Virus record (IMG/VR): IMGVR_UViG_3300046479_000008
Span: 1 to 63,767 of that record
Direction: 5' to 3' (one strand)
From: a virus
Lineage: Duplodnaviria; Caudoviricetes
Length of the DNA: 63,767 bases
This document shows, piece after piece, positions 9,741-19,401 of this stretch (its first letter is position 1; the number at the start of each line of letters is the position of its first letter). The notes beneath the pieces were generated by a model. The model was not told where the DNA came from. It searched no databases and saw only the letters and a list, made by a program, of their open reading frames with translations. Both the position numbers and the translations under genes were made by a program.

Positions 9741-10207
9741 ACCATCATGTCCGTGTTGACTACCCGCATGTTGATCAAAGCGGCAGGGTTGAAGGCGAAT
9801 GCGCCAAGGGTCTCGTGGATCCTCCAGCCGATCTCTGAGAAGGCCTGGATGAGCTCATGATGCTTTCTCAGGCGGCTATTCGAGAAGGCCTGGATGAGCT
9901 CATGATGCTTTCTCAGGCGGCTATTCTCGGGGAGTTGAGGAGCTTGATTGTGTTCCAGATAGAGGATATAGTAGCGATCCAAGGCCTCCTGGGTCATCCC
10001 GTCATAGAGTCCGGTCTCCTTGAGAAGCCATTCCATGAGCTCCACGGTCTTGGTGGCAGTCAAGGCAATCGAAGAATCTTGGGATTGAAGATGGATCCTC
10101 CCACCCATGCGGATGAAGGCCTCCATGACCCCATCGATTCCACATTCGATGTAGATCTGCTTGAGTTGTTCTACCTTATAGGGCTTCTTGTATTGTTCAA
10201 TGCTCAT
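9737..10207 (-). CDS. hypothetical protein with internal 15-aa duplication
   Basis: NSRLRKHHELIQAFS twice. Confidence 0.7.
   Translation of the reverse strand: MSIEQYKKPYKVEQLKQIYIECGIDGVMEAFIRMGGRIHLQSQDSSIALTATKTVELMEWLLKETGLYDGMTQEALDRYYILYLEHNQAPQLPENSRLRKHHELIQAFSNSRLRKHHELIQAFSEIGWRIHETLGAFAFNPAALINMRVVNTDMMV
9837..9926. repeat. perfect 45-bp tandem duplication
   Basis: gagaaggcctggatgagctcatgatgctttctcaggcggctattc x2. Confidence 0.95.
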
Positions 10208-10317
10208 AGGGGAAGCTCCGGGAAGGGGCCAGTGAGATTCACTTGGAGATTGGATTCTGCTTCAGTGAAGTTACGATGAACTACCTCAACGTCCATTGCA
10301 GCATAAGGAGCAACATG

Positions 10318-10869
10318 CTAAACTCTGCGTACATAATGAACATAAGGAGGAAGATGAATCCCATCAGCCAGCGGAGTCATGAGACGGAACCTGGGAGGAT
10401 CCGGTCGTCCAGCACCAATGTAGGCCGGTTGATCTATAAACGAGAACTCTTGGGGCCACTGATCCATGGCCATCCGAGCACTCCTTCGGAAATGACCACC
10501 ATCTAGGTAGCGCTGCACTGGCTCAGGACGGTCACGGGGGAGCATACCCAAGAGGTTCCCCACGGCCCAAGCTGGTGGGTTACGCTCCCGAAGGAAATGT
10601 AGGAAGTAGCCTTCCACGAACTCCTCCACTGTGGGTAGGCCCCAGAAGTCCTGTAGGGAATGCTCCATGAGTTCAGCAGATTCCAGAGCGCATTCGGTGT
10701 GCTCGAACTTGGAGAACCCTTCGGAGATCAACCTGTGATAAGACCAGCGCATGAATTCCCGTATGCCCACCGTGTAGAGCACCATGTCCAAACCCTCCTC
10801 CTGGAAGATCTGGATCAAGAGATCTTTATGATTCGCTGTGAATTCGCTGGAAAGCCTTGACGGGTTCAT
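10318..10869 (-). CDS. hypothetical protein
   Basis: ORF downstream of rnhB; start uncertain. Confidence 0.55.
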   Translation of the reverse strand: MNPSRLSSEFTANHKDLLIQIFQEEGLDMVLYTVGIREFMRWSYHRLISEGFSKFEHTECALESAELMEHSLQDFWGLPTVEEFVEGYFLHFLRERNPPAWAVGNLLGMLPRDRPEPVQRYLDGGHFRRSARMAMDQWPQEFSFIDQPAYIGAGRPDPPRFRLMTPLADGIHLPPYVHYVRRV

Positions 10870-11473
10870 AGGTGACTCGATGTTGGATGCAGGGTCCAAG
10901 ACGGGCAAGAGCCTCTTGATGCACTGGAGTCCCATAGCCCTTGTGCCCACCGAAATCGTATCCGGGGATCAACTGGTCTAAGTTACCCATCCAGCGGTCT
11001 CGCCAAACCTTGGCCAAAATTGAGGCACAGGCAATAGCACAGCTATGGGCATCACCTTTGACCACCGTCCGGACCTTGGTAGCCTTATTGGCCTTTCCTT
11101 GCCACTGGTTGCCATCTACGAGCGCCAAGGGGATAAGACCCACCTGATCCTGGCATTCACTCAGTGCTTGGGTCATCGCCAGCATGGTCGCCTGAAGCAC
11201 GTTGACCTCATCAACTAGCTTAGAATCCGCAGCTACGATTGAGTATGCCCAAACATTAGCTTTGATGGCGTCAAAGAGTTCCTCTCGACGCTTCTCCGAG
11301 AGCTTCTTGGAGTCGTTTACGGTTTTGAACACAGGCTCGTTCAAACACCCCGGTGTGAGCACGACACAGGCAGCAGAGACCGGTCCAGCCCAAGCGCCTC
11401 GACCAGCCTCATCCAACCCAGCCCACATAGGCATACGTAGGGCTAGGTCGAAATCAACGAGGCATGTAGACAT
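10826..11473 (-). CDS. rnhB: ribonuclease HII
   Basis: GLDEAGRGAWAGPV, DSKKLSEKRRE, LVDG, VKGD, ASILAKVWRD, HKGYGT. Confidence 0.96.
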   Translation of the reverse strand: MSTCLVDFDLALRMPMWAGLDEAGRGAWAGPVSAACVVLTPGCLNEPVFKTVNDSKKLSEKRREELFDAIKANVWAYSIVAADSKLVDEVNVLQATMLAMTQALSECQDQVGLIPLALVDGNQWQGKANKATKVRTVVKGDAHSCAIACASILAKVWRDRWMGNLDQLIPGYDFGGHKGYGTPVHQEALARLGPCIQHRVTYEPVKAFQRIHSES

Positions 11474-11879
11474 TCTTCATCTCCGATGGTCTAGGCAGAA
11501 TGGTCTTGAGCTCTGCTCGCTTCTTTGAATCCCAGGGGCGACAAGTGAAAAAGAATATGATCGCCGTGTCGATGTTCCGCTTAGTCGGGGGTTTCCCAAC
11601 TCGGAAGGCCATAACACATCCGTCCATGTCATAGAGTGGGAAGACATCCATCACATCCTCAATGGCATATACGATCCCATAGGGATTGAGAATTGCCCAG
11701 AGCCATGGTTCGTTCCAGGACCACTCCTTATCTACGATAAGCCCATAGTGAAGGAACTCTTGCTCTAGGTCCCGCAGGTCTGTGTATACCTTCCGGGTGT
11801 CTAGGATCAATAAGCCATCATCGTCCACAGGGAAGCAGCTGGACTCCTTGGCAAACCAGAGATCATCGTCGTTCATCAT
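11454..11879 (-). CDS. hypothetical protein
   Basis: 141-aa ORF in operon. Confidence 0.65.
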   Translation of the reverse strand: MMNDDDLWFAKESSCFPVDDDGLLILDTRKVYTDLRDLEQEFLHYGLIVDKEWSWNEPWLWAILNPYGIVYAIEDVMDVFPLYDMDGCVMAFRVGKPPTKRNIDTAIIFFFTCRPWDSKKRAELKTILPRPSEMKNVYMPR

Positions 11880-12382
11880 GGCTCCGGATTGGCCTTGGGG
11901 ATGTCACAGACATCTCCGGTCCAGCGAATGACCTTGTGGTTACGGTTCCGGGGATAGTCCTTCTCGTAGTGATGTGCATGGAGAAATTCCTGAACCGCAT
12001 GCCAATTCTCGTGATTAGTCTCTGGTTCACGGAGGATCTCGTAATCATACTCTTCCCGGCCCACAAAGACTTCCCATTGGTTCCGATGGCCACACTTGGG
12101 GCACACCATACCATAGCTTGGAGCAACGTTGTCGGTCTTGTTGTTCTTGAGTTCTTGGCCGGTCTGACCACAATGGCACTGCTCGATCATGCGCCAAGCG
12201 GTCTTGATTGCTCTCCACTCCCGGACCAAATCGATCTTCTCGGCTGGCTTTGCCGGCTCTGGTTCAGGATCCAAGGGTGAAGTGAAATGCTCCTTGACTA
12301 CATCATTGTGACAGACAGCGATGATCAAGCCGATCATCGCAATGGCAACAATACATATAAGAACCCATACTCCAGCACTCAT
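11876..12382 (-). CDS. membrane-anchored protein with Zn ribbon
   Basis: N-terminal hydrophobic helix; CHC...CPKCGH. Confidence 0.7.
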   Translation of the reverse strand: MSAGVWVLICIVAIAMIGLIIAVCHNDVVKEHFTSPLDPEPEPAKPAEKIDLVREWRAIKTAWRMIEQCHCGQTGQELKNNKTDNVAPSYGMVCPKCGHRNQWEVFVGREEYDYEILREPETNHENWHAVQEFLHAHHYEKDYPRNRNHKVIRWTGDVCDIPKANPEP

Positions 12383-13311
12383 TAGATCTCCACATCTGTA
12401 TCAAAGTCCCCATCAGCGGGGATCTTCACGCCATTGGATTCCAGCGTGTTCTTGAGCCACTTGGTGTCCAGGACCAGAATCCCTAGCTCTCTAGCCTTCT
12501 GGAGCTTGCTTGGCCCTGCACCCATTCCTGCCACAACATGGGTCACCTTCTTGGTGACTCCCGACTTGATATCCGCACCCAGGGCCTTCAGATGAGCCTG
12601 GATCACTTCACGGTCCATACCAAGATGTTCACCCGTGACACAGATGGCCATACCCGCCAGGGGTTGCTGACCATTGGAGACCGTGACAACGACCTTACTC
12701 ACCTGAGCCTTGGGCCGGACACCTGCCTCGTGGAGCCTCTGACACAACTCATCGTTCTCCGTGGCCCAACGGACAACATTGTCCAGCTTCTTATCTCCGA
12801 ACCCTTCCAACCCGAAGTCCCCGATGGTCTTGAGTTTGGTGCAGAGGGTGCCCAGGGTGTCGAGCTTGAGCGCCATGGCCAGCTGCTTCCCTAACACTTT
12901 ACCGATGCCCTCAACGTTCAGGGCCACTAGCCAACGATCCCAATCACGGGTGCGAGCTTGGGAGATTCCCTCCAACATCTTGTTGACGCCGACAATGGAG
13001 AACCCACTCTTCTTCAGCCTGAGCTCATACTTATCTACGTCCTTGGCCCGAGCGGCCTGGCAATCCAAGGCGAACTCAAAGAGATCCGCGAGGTCCAGGG
13101 CGTAGCCACCAGAGGCCAGGAGGGTTGCCATCTCAGGCCCCAGGGCCTCGATCTCCAGCACGTCACGGTTAGCGATGGCCACCAGGTCCTCACGGACCCG
13201 GCCAGGACATTGCCGGTTGGTGCAATAGAGGGACTCGATCTTGCTCTTAGGATCCTGAGTCCTCGTGATAGGCCCTTGACATTCAGGGCACTGAGTTGGA
13301 ATTTCGATCAT
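12382..13311 (-). CDS. ligA: NAD-dependent DNA ligase, C-terminal part (Zn finger, HhH, BRCT)
   Basis: PTQCPEC...YCTNRQCP; IEALGP, VEGIGK, LEGFGD HhH motifs; BRCT ICVTG..SGVTKKVTHVVAG..AGPSKLQKARELG. Confidence 0.92.
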   Translation of the reverse strand: MIEIPTQCPECQGPITRTQDPKSKIESLYCTNRQCPGRVREDLVAIANRDVLEIEALGPEMATLLASGGYALDLADLFEFALDCQAARAKDVDKYELRLKKSGFSIVGVNKMLEGISQARTRDWDRWLVALNVEGIGKVLGKQLAMALKLDTLGTLCTKLKTIGDFGLEGFGDKKLDNVVRWATENDELCQRLHEAGVRPKAQVSKVVVTVSNGQQPLAGMAICVTGEHLGMDREVIQAHLKALGADIKSGVTKKVTHVVAGMGAGPSKLQKARELGILVLDTKWLKNTLESNGVKIPADGDFDTDVEI

Positions 13312-13314
13312 TGT

Positions 13315-14199
13315 TTATTCCTGGTTGAGGGTGACCATCAGTTCGAGAACATCGTCATAGGAGAACCGTTCCCCACAGGCCGTGGTGAGTAACTGATCCA
13401 ACTCCTGCTGACGGGGAGACAAGGGGATATGCTTGTAGGCCAAGGGCTGAGGCTCATCCACAATGACATCACATTTTACTTCCTGATCAAAGAACCCAGG
13501 TTCCTTCAGGAGTTTCTCCATCCTAGGCATGGGCCTGTAGCAGTCCCCACAGTCACTGCAGGTGTAGCCCTGCTGCTCACACTCCAGTTCCCGCTTGGGC
13601 TTCTTAGCCAACTCCTGGAGAAGTTCATTGAGGTCAAGCTTCTTCTCCTTGTTCTCCTTGGTCCCATAGGCTTCATCATAGGCCTTCTCGAACTGCAGGT
13701 CCTGCTTCTCCTCCTTGTCCAGGATGTCATAGCAGGGGCAGTCACACTCAGGGCAGTCGTTGTTGCACTGCTTGAGCATGGACGCATGGGGATCCTTCTC
13801 CTCGATGATATCGAAGCCACCACAGGTGATGTCTGTGTTGACTCCGACCATGATCCCCGTGAGGAGGATGCTGGTGATCTTGGTAGGGTCGGAGGCACTA
13901 CCACGCTTGACGTCACCCAGGACCTGAGCCATGGAGCACAGACCCAACAGTGGGGTTACCTCTCGGGCATGCTTGAGCTTTACCGTGTAGTCCTCATTGA
14001 TACGAATGTTGGCCCACACACCATCATCATGGAACTCAATGTTCTCAACACGGCCCACATTGATCCGGGTGTTCATGGCAAGCACCACAGGAAGATCACG
14101 AATGTCTCCCTGGATCTTGACCTTACAGTCCTGGCTGAAGAACTCATTGTCGTGATCGGGCTTTCCGCCCAGACGAAGAATACGACCATATACGCGCAT
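13315..14199 (-). CDS. hypothetical protein between the ligA halves; prohead-protease-like N-terminus, Cys-rich C-terminus
   Basis: LPVVLAMN...VGRVENIEFHDDGVWANIRI; CNNDCPECDCPC and CSDCGDC. Confidence 0.7.
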   Translation of the reverse strand: MRVYGRILRLGGKPDHDNEFFSQDCKVKIQGDIRDLPVVLAMNTRINVGRVENIEFHDDGVWANIRINEDYTVKLKHAREVTPLLGLCSMAQVLGDVKRGSASDPTKITSILLTGIMVGVNTDITCGGFDIIEEKDPHASMLKQCNNDCPECDCPCYDILDKEEKQDLQFEKAYDEAYGTKENKEKKLDLNELLQELAKKPKRELECEQQGYTCSDCGDCYRPMPRMEKLLKEPGFFDQEVKCDVIVDEPQPLAYKHIPLSPRQQELDQLLTTACGERFSYDDVLELMVTLNQE

Positions 14200-14200
14200 G

Positions 14201-15412
14201 TTACTCCTTGATGACCTTGGTGATGATAGGGATCACATCCCCACTGCGACACACTTCAACCTTACAGGGTACCTCCTCGATACCTAGCTCGGCTATGAAT
14301 GTTAAGTTGTTGAGATTTACGCGAGCAATGGTGGCCCCGTTGAGGACGATCGGTTCGAGCACGCCTACAGGGGTAAGCTTACCATTGCGGCTTACATACC
14401 ATTCGAAGCCCAAGAGCATGGTGTCCCCAATGCTATCCTGGAACTTGTAGGCCCTGGCCCAATTCGGGGACTTGACGTTGATACCCATCTGGTCACGCAC
14501 ATCCGGGGTATCCACCTTGAACACCAGACCATCTGTGAGCATACCGATGCCCTTACCGTGCCACACAACCTCACGCTCCTGCTGCATCTCCGTGAGGTGC
14601 ATCTGCAGGTTCTTGAGCATCTCAACAGCCGGGAAGGTACGCAGCTTGGGCTGATTGAAGTGGGCGGTCTGGTTGAGATAGTCCAGCACATGAGAGCGCC
14701 AATGGCTGCTCCGGCTACGCTTGCTTAACCAGGTGTCATCGACACCGAAACAATCCCAGGGCTGGAAGGAGAGTCCACGACGCTTGACCTCAGCGAGGTC
14801 CTTGAGCTTCATAGTCCCGGAGGCCAGGTTCCGTTGGCTCGTGTAGAGCTTCTTCCCGGCCTTCTCCAGCTCGGCATTGAGTGCATCCATACGGCCCTTG
14901 GAGATCCATACCTCCCCACGAACCTCTACGAGGCTGGTAGGGTAGAACTCCTTGGGCAACGTGAGCGGGATGGCTCCGCTGGCTGCCATCACTGACGTGA
15001 CATCCTCACCCGCCTCACCATCGCCTCTGGTGACAGCCTTGAGGAGCTTGTGGTCCACGTAGTGACAGGAGAGTGAGTTGCCGTCCACCTTGGGCTCGAT
15101 GTCAATCCAGGCGTCTGGGTATTGCTCCACCACATCCCGGACCCACTGCTCAAGCTCTTTGATATCATAGCAATTGTCGATGCTGAGCATCATTTGGATA
15201 TGACGAACACGACCACCTGCATCGGTGAGGTCAGAGCCAACGCTTGTGAGCACAGGAGCCAGATGCTTGCACTGAGGGTTCTGCTTTACAAGTTCCTTCA
15301 GCTCACGCTCGACCGTGTCGTATTCCTTATCATCCATGATAGGTTCAGCGAGCACGTAGTAGGCGTGACGAGCGTCAGCCAGGAGGCTATTGAGCTCTAC
15401 GATACGATCCAC
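14201..15412 (-). CDS. ligA: NAD-dependent DNA ligase, N-terminal part (Ia, adenylation, OB)
   Basis: AYY..PIMDDKEYD, MLSIDN, EPKVDG, TRGDG, EVRGE, RNLASGT, DGLVFK, AYKF, RSGDVIP; start moved to GTG 15412 behind GGAGG. Confidence 0.95.
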   Translation of the reverse strand: MDRIVELNSLLADARHAYYVLAEPIMDDKEYDTVERELKELVKQNPQCKHLAPVLTSVGSDLTDAGGRVRHIQMMLSIDNCYDIKELEQWVRDVVEQYPDAWIDIEPKVDGNSLSCHYVDHKLLKAVTRGDGEAGEDVTSVMAASGAIPLTLPKEFYPTSLVEVRGEVWISKGRMDALNAELEKAGKKLYTSQRNLASGTMKLKDLAEVKRRGLSFQPWDCFGVDDTWLSKRSRSSHWRSHVLDYLNQTAHFNQPKLRTFPAVEMLKNLQMHLTEMQQEREVVWHGKGIGMLTDGLVFKVDTPDVRDQMGINVKSPNWARAYKFQDSIGDTMLLGFEWYVSRNGKLTPVGVLEPIVLNGATIARVNLNNLTFIAELGIEEVPCKVEVCRSGDVIPIITKVIKE

Positions 15413-15483
15413 TAGAACCTCCAGCCATTGAGGAGCCACCAGAGCTTTACGTTGAGGATCAGGTTCTGGAACCACTTCTTCAT
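15412..15483 (-). CDS. 23-aa Trp-rich micro-ORF
   Basis: MKKWFQNLILNVKLWWLLNGWRF; GGAG RBS; its TAG overlaps the ligA GTG. Confidence 0.5.
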   Translation of the reverse strand: MKKWFQNLILNVKLWWLLNGWRF

Positions 15484-15485
15484 AT

Positions 15486-15959
15486 CTATCTCCCGGTTGA
15501 GCCGAATCCACCTTCACCACGGATGCTCTCAGGTAGGGTATCTGAGTCTTCAATAGTGGGAGCTACGAAGGGAAGGAACACCACCTGGCCGATACGATCA
15601 CCGCAGGAGAACACCCGCTTGGTGTCACCGGTATTGATCATGAGCATCATCAGCTCACCACGATAGTCAGCGTCGATGATCCCAGGGGCATTGTGGACCA
15701 AGACACCTGATTTGAATGCCAATCCACTTCGAGAGGTAGCGATATAGAACATCGAAGAAGGACAGGCCATGGACAGGCCGGTGTGAACACTACGGCGCTC
15801 TCCTGGCTCCAAAGAGAAATCCTCATCACAGCAGATGTCATATCCAGCAGCATGCTCTGAGCCTCTACGGGGCAGCTGGGCTGTGGGGGTAAGACGCTTT
15901 ACAGTAACCGTCCCTGCAAGAGGGTGAGTCAACTCCATAGGCTGGAGAACTTTAGTCAT
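15486..15959 (-). CDS. dut: trimeric dUTPase
   Basis: AAGYDI, SRSGLA, GIIDADYRGEL, DRIGQ, RGEGGFGSTG. Confidence 0.97.
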   Translation of the reverse strand: MTKVLQPMELTHPLAGTVTVKRLTPTAQLPRRGSEHAAGYDICCDEDFSLEPGERRSVHTGLSMACPSSMFYIATSRSGLAFKSGVLVHNAPGIIDADYRGELMMLMINTGDTKRVFSCGDRIGQVVFLPFVAPTIEDSDTLPESIRGEGGFGSTGR

Positions 15960-16006
15960 AATTTATCCTCGTTGAATGCCCTAGGGTACTCAACGAGGAT
16001 ATAGGG

Positions 16007-18280
16007 TTAGATGCCTTGTGTGCTGCTTGGGTTCTGATAGAACGAACGGTCTTCGTTGGCATGAGGCTCATCCAGACCGGGCTCATGAGAGGCTCCTTCC
16101 AGATCAGGTTCCTTGCTCTCACCAGCGATGTCACTCTCGGGGTTCTCACCATCGGGAATATCTGATAGGCCCAGGACCACGTAGAGCTTGTCCATCACAG
16201 CGTCAAAGTCTTCATCGGTGAAGCCCTTGGAGTAGAACCCAGCGGACTCCAGAAGGTCATGATTGTTGAGCTTCTCACGTAGTTCCTGCTTGAGAGCTTC
16301 AATGTCCTCGTGGCCATCATAACTACCCGCAGCGTCTTCAAACTCTTTGACCACATTGTCTACCAGATCACTGGTGGCCAGTTCCTCAGCGATGTCCGAG
16401 ATGTAGTCTTCACCAGAGGGTTCATCGGTGCCAGTGATCTCCATACCACCATCGGCGAACTTAACCTCACCATCGTCTTCACTAGAGGCCTTGCCGAAGC
16501 TGCTACGATAGCTGGTCAGGATGTTGAGGACCTGAGTGCAATTCTTGATTGCCGGCTGAATCGCCTGAAGCTGTTCTGGATACTCACCAACCATATCCAT
16601 CAGGATGTCAACTATGCTCTGGAGGTTCTGGATCGTGGACTCCTCGGGCACCTTGGCAGCCGGGAGATGGGCCAGGGTCTCAAGCATTGAGTCCAAGGCT
16701 TCCATGTGAGCGTCACCACCAGGATCACCAACCAAGGCGTCCTTGTTGGCGCCGATTAGGTTGCTGGCCTCCTGAAGCATGCTCTGGGCTTTGGTGAGCT
16801 GATTCTCTTCGGCAGCAGCGCCAGTCCACTGGGTATCAGATTCCTTCTCAGGATCCATACGAGGTCCACCAACCATTGAAGACTCGGTGGTCTCAGCACT
16901 ACCCGGCTCACCGTAGTCCATCTGAGCTCTAAGACCTTCACCAGCGGCTACATGGCCAGTGTCAGGGTTGTTCTGATCAGGGTTAGTGTTGCAAGCACAG
17001 GGAGCACCAGGAGTGATGGGCTGACCACAGGAGGGACAGTTGCCCTGCTGAGCCTGAGCACCTGAAGGAGCATTGGTGTTAGCGTTCATGTCAGCGGTCT
17101 TGTCTTCCTCTTCACCACCGAACATATCCTTAGCGGTTTCCGGATCAGCAGTGCCAGAGAAGTCAACCAGGTCTTCATCTTCAGGAGCATCATCTAGGCT
17201 CATACCCTGTTCCTGAAGGACCTTGTCGCAGACATCATCTACCTGATCTTCAGGGACGCCAACGGCGCTGCAAGCCTCAAGCAGCTGCTCAAGCAATTCC
17301 TTATTGTCCTCTTCGGCCTTGTAGTCCAGGACCTTCTGGACCCAGTCACCACCGGTAGATTCCTTTTCAGGAGCCTGAGCGGAGGTATCGTTGATGTCCC
17401 CAGTGGGCTCCTCAACCTCGTTTCCCTCGATGCCATCAGCCTTCTTGCGGCGAGCGGCCAGACGAGAACGGAAGGAGGCCTGTACCTTCTTGGGCTCTTC
17501 AAGCTTGTCCTGCACTTCACGCTTAGTCTCATACACAGGCTGCTTGGTGGGATAGTTCTTCTGGAACTTGTCATCCACATGATCGGTCTCTGCATTACGA
17601 TTATCGGCAGGGAGTTCAGACTGGAAGCGACGGCGCATCCCCCCCATTTCAACGTCAACGGGGACGAGGTTAGCGGTGTGGCGCGATGCCATTCTTGATC
17701 TGAATTTCATTTGTTTACCTTCCTTGTTAGAATTCTTAGGGCTTAATAGGTTGAGAAAATCTTCATCCGTATCTACGTTTTGAGCTAGAGAACCGGAGCT
17801 CAGATCATAGCCAATATCCTGAATCGCAGAGAAGAATTCTTTAGCAGCAGTCTTCCGGGAAATCTTGATGAAGTTCCAATCCTGGGGGTTCTGCCCATAC
17901 TTGGTGTAAAACTCTTGCACAGCGTTCTTGTCGGTCTCTTCCAGGAGGCCATTCAACAGACTCCGATACTGGAAATATGCTCTCTTGACTTCCATATCAG
18001 TGCTGGAGGCCAGACCCTGTAGGCCTTTTCCAAGCTGATGGGCCCACTCATAGAGATTGGACCCTTTGACCTTAATGTTCTTGAGGACCTGGACGGTCTT
18101 GGCTTGGATCTCATTCGCAAGCTTATCAGCCAGGGCTTCCTTCTGGTAACGCTGTGAGGGCAGCTGACCTTGTTGTTGCCTGTTACGATAGTTGTCCTCT
18201 CGATAATTCACCTTATCAAGAGGGCCAGTCCAATCAACAGCTTGCTTTCTGCGGGAACAAATCACGGATTTGAATGCCAT
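16007..18280 (-). CDS. large acidic low-complexity protein (possible head-internal or scaffold protein); probable internal start at 17710
   Basis: 757 aa, D/E-rich; basic motifs SRRKQA, SRKTA, RSRMASRHTA, RSRLAARRKKA; CPSC..CAC. Confidence 0.8.
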   Translation of the reverse strand: MAFKSVICSRRKQAVDWTGPLDKVNYREDNYRNRQQQGQLPSQRYQKEALADKLANEIQAKTVQVLKNIKVKGSNLYEWAHQLGKGLQGLASSTDMEVKRAYFQYRSLLNGLLEETDKNAVQEFYTKYGQNPQDWNFIKISRKTAAKEFFSAIQDIGYDLSSGSLAQNVDTDEDFLNLLSPKNSNKEGKQMKFRSRMASRHTANLVPVDVEMGGMRRRFQSELPADNRNAETDHVDDKFQKNYPTKQPVYETKREVQDKLEEPKKVQASFRSRLAARRKKADGIEGNEVEEPTGDINDTSAQAPEKESTGGDWVQKVLDYKAEEDNKELLEQLLEACSAVGVPEDQVDDVCDKVLQEQGMSLDDAPEDEDLVDFSGTADPETAKDMFGGEEEDKTADMNANTNAPSGAQAQQGNCPSCGQPITPGAPCACNTNPDQNNPDTGHVAAGEGLRAQMDYGEPGSAETTESSMVGGPRMDPEKESDTQWTGAAAEENQLTKAQSMLQEASNLIGANKDALVGDPGGDAHMEALDSMLETLAHLPAAKVPEESTIQNLQSIVDILMDMVGEYPEQLQAIQPAIKNCTQVLNILTSYRSSFGKASSEDDGEVKFADGGMEITGTDEPSGEDYISDIAEELATSDLVDNVVKEFEDAAGSYDGHEDIEALKQELREKLNNHDLLESAGFYSKGFTDEDFDAVMDKLYVVLGLSDIPDGENPESDIAGESKEPDLEGASHEPGLDEPHANEDRSFYQNPSSTQGI

Positions 18281-18283
18281 AGT

Positions 18284-19033
18284 TTACCTTCGAATAGAGA
18301 TCTCAAAGGAAGATCTAGGAAGGTCTATGACCCTACCGAACACCCATCCCTTTTCAACATACTCTTGGATCTGAGCCTCGGGGATAATGGAGGTTTTGAC
18401 CCCATTATTCATCCAACGACTCTTTCCCATTGTCTTAGCACGTTTTTCAATTGCTTCTGGGTGAATCTCTATACCCTTTCTGGCCTCAGACAAACGTCTC
18501 TTAGCTTGCTCAGACTTAGGTCTCCCTGAATGGGTTTTAGACATCTTCTCTTTGGTAATCTCAGAGTGTAATGTACCTACACCCCAAACCCCTTTACGAG
18601 CATCGGAAGCCGCTCTGCGTTGCTCATCTGTCCATTTCCTTCCAGGCTTACCCTTGTGACTCTCTGCTATTCTGAATTTAGTTTCATTGCTCAATCTACC
18701 CGGACCCTTAGATGATATTTCAATGTTGTATCCGATTTCCCGTTTCCAAGAATGAAATGTAAGGATTAGGCATTGTTCCCAACGATCACATTGGTCTTGA
18801 GGGCATAGAAGAAGAGATTCAAACTTAAAGGCCCTTGGACCATATTTGTCCCAAGAGGCCTGAAGATGTCTGGAATCCTTCCCACTACGTAGCCTTTCTA
18901 TATGAGACTTGCATCGTTGATAGATTCCCAGTTTGCCTTGAGCTTGACCAATGTAAACTTTACCATTGACTTGGTTTGTTATAATATAGATTCCAACCTC
19001 AGTTGGGAGATGCCTGATCAGGTCCCGCAGCAT
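18284..19033 (-). CDS. GIY-YIG homing endonuclease with NUMOD-type C-terminal repeats
   Basis: GIYIITNQVNGKVYIGQA, LQASWDKYG, GYN, HSEITKEKMS. Confidence 0.92.
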   Translation of the reverse strand: MLRDLIRHLPTEVGIYIITNQVNGKVYIGQAQGKLGIYQRCKSHIERLRSGKDSRHLQASWDKYGPRAFKFESLLLCPQDQCDRWEQCLILTFHSWKREIGYNIEISSKGPGRLSNETKFRIAESHKGKPGRKWTDEQRRAASDARKGVWGVGTLHSEITKEKMSKTHSGRPKSEQAKRRLSEARKGIEIHPEAIEKRAKTMGKSRWMNNGVKTSIIPEAQIQEYVEKGWVFGRVIDLPRSSFEISIRR

Positions 19034-19388
19034 TTACCTTTTCCTTAACGGGGAAGATCCTTCCCCTTACTTCTCCTTCAGAAGTAAAGAAATTGGCATT
19101 AGTGTCGATCTCTTCAAGGATCGCTGAGTAGACAGCCAGGTCCCGTAGAGAGTCCTGATGGCTCTCTCCCCGCTCGACAGACACAGCCCACCTAGTTAGC
19201 TTTACTACGGCCAACTCAAGGATGTGCCATCTCTGGAAGGCCTCATCGGAGTCCAACTTGACCCCGTTGGGGAACAAGGCTTGCATGACCCCACCCACAC
19301 GCTTGAAGTTGTCACCGTATACAGCATTGCGTTCGTTATATGTCTTGGCAGCTTCCGCTAGGATCGCTCCAGCTTTGATCTCAGTCAT
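18999..19388 (-). CDS. all-alpha nucleotide-pyrophosphohydrolase-like protein (DUF6378/Nmad1-like)
   Basis: ERNAVYGDNF...VKLTR...HQDSLRDLAVYSAIL; paralogous to the C-terminus of 24376..25437. Confidence 0.7.
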   Translation of the reverse strand: MTEIKAGAILAEAAKTYNERNAVYGDNFKRVGGVMQALFPNGVKLDSDEAFQRWHILELAVVKLTRWAVSVERGESHQDSLRDLAVYSAILEEIDTNANFFTSEGEVRGRIFPVKEKVNAAGPDQASPN

Positions 19389-19401
19389 GGTTCACCTTGT
19401 G

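Noticed and set aside
10204-10320. TAG recoding: the frame stays open past the TAG at 10318 until an ATGA overlap with the next gene
   Set aside because: Isolated case. Elsewhere TAG ends conserved genes (dut, dCMP-adjacent operon genes, ThyX-like) right before the next start, and code-11 coding density is already high.
13312-14200. Intein or self-splicing intron in ligA
   Set aside because: The N-half has a stop and the C-half its own start; no C/S...HN intein ends; the insert is fully coding with no room for a ribozyme core and no endonuclease or RT motif.
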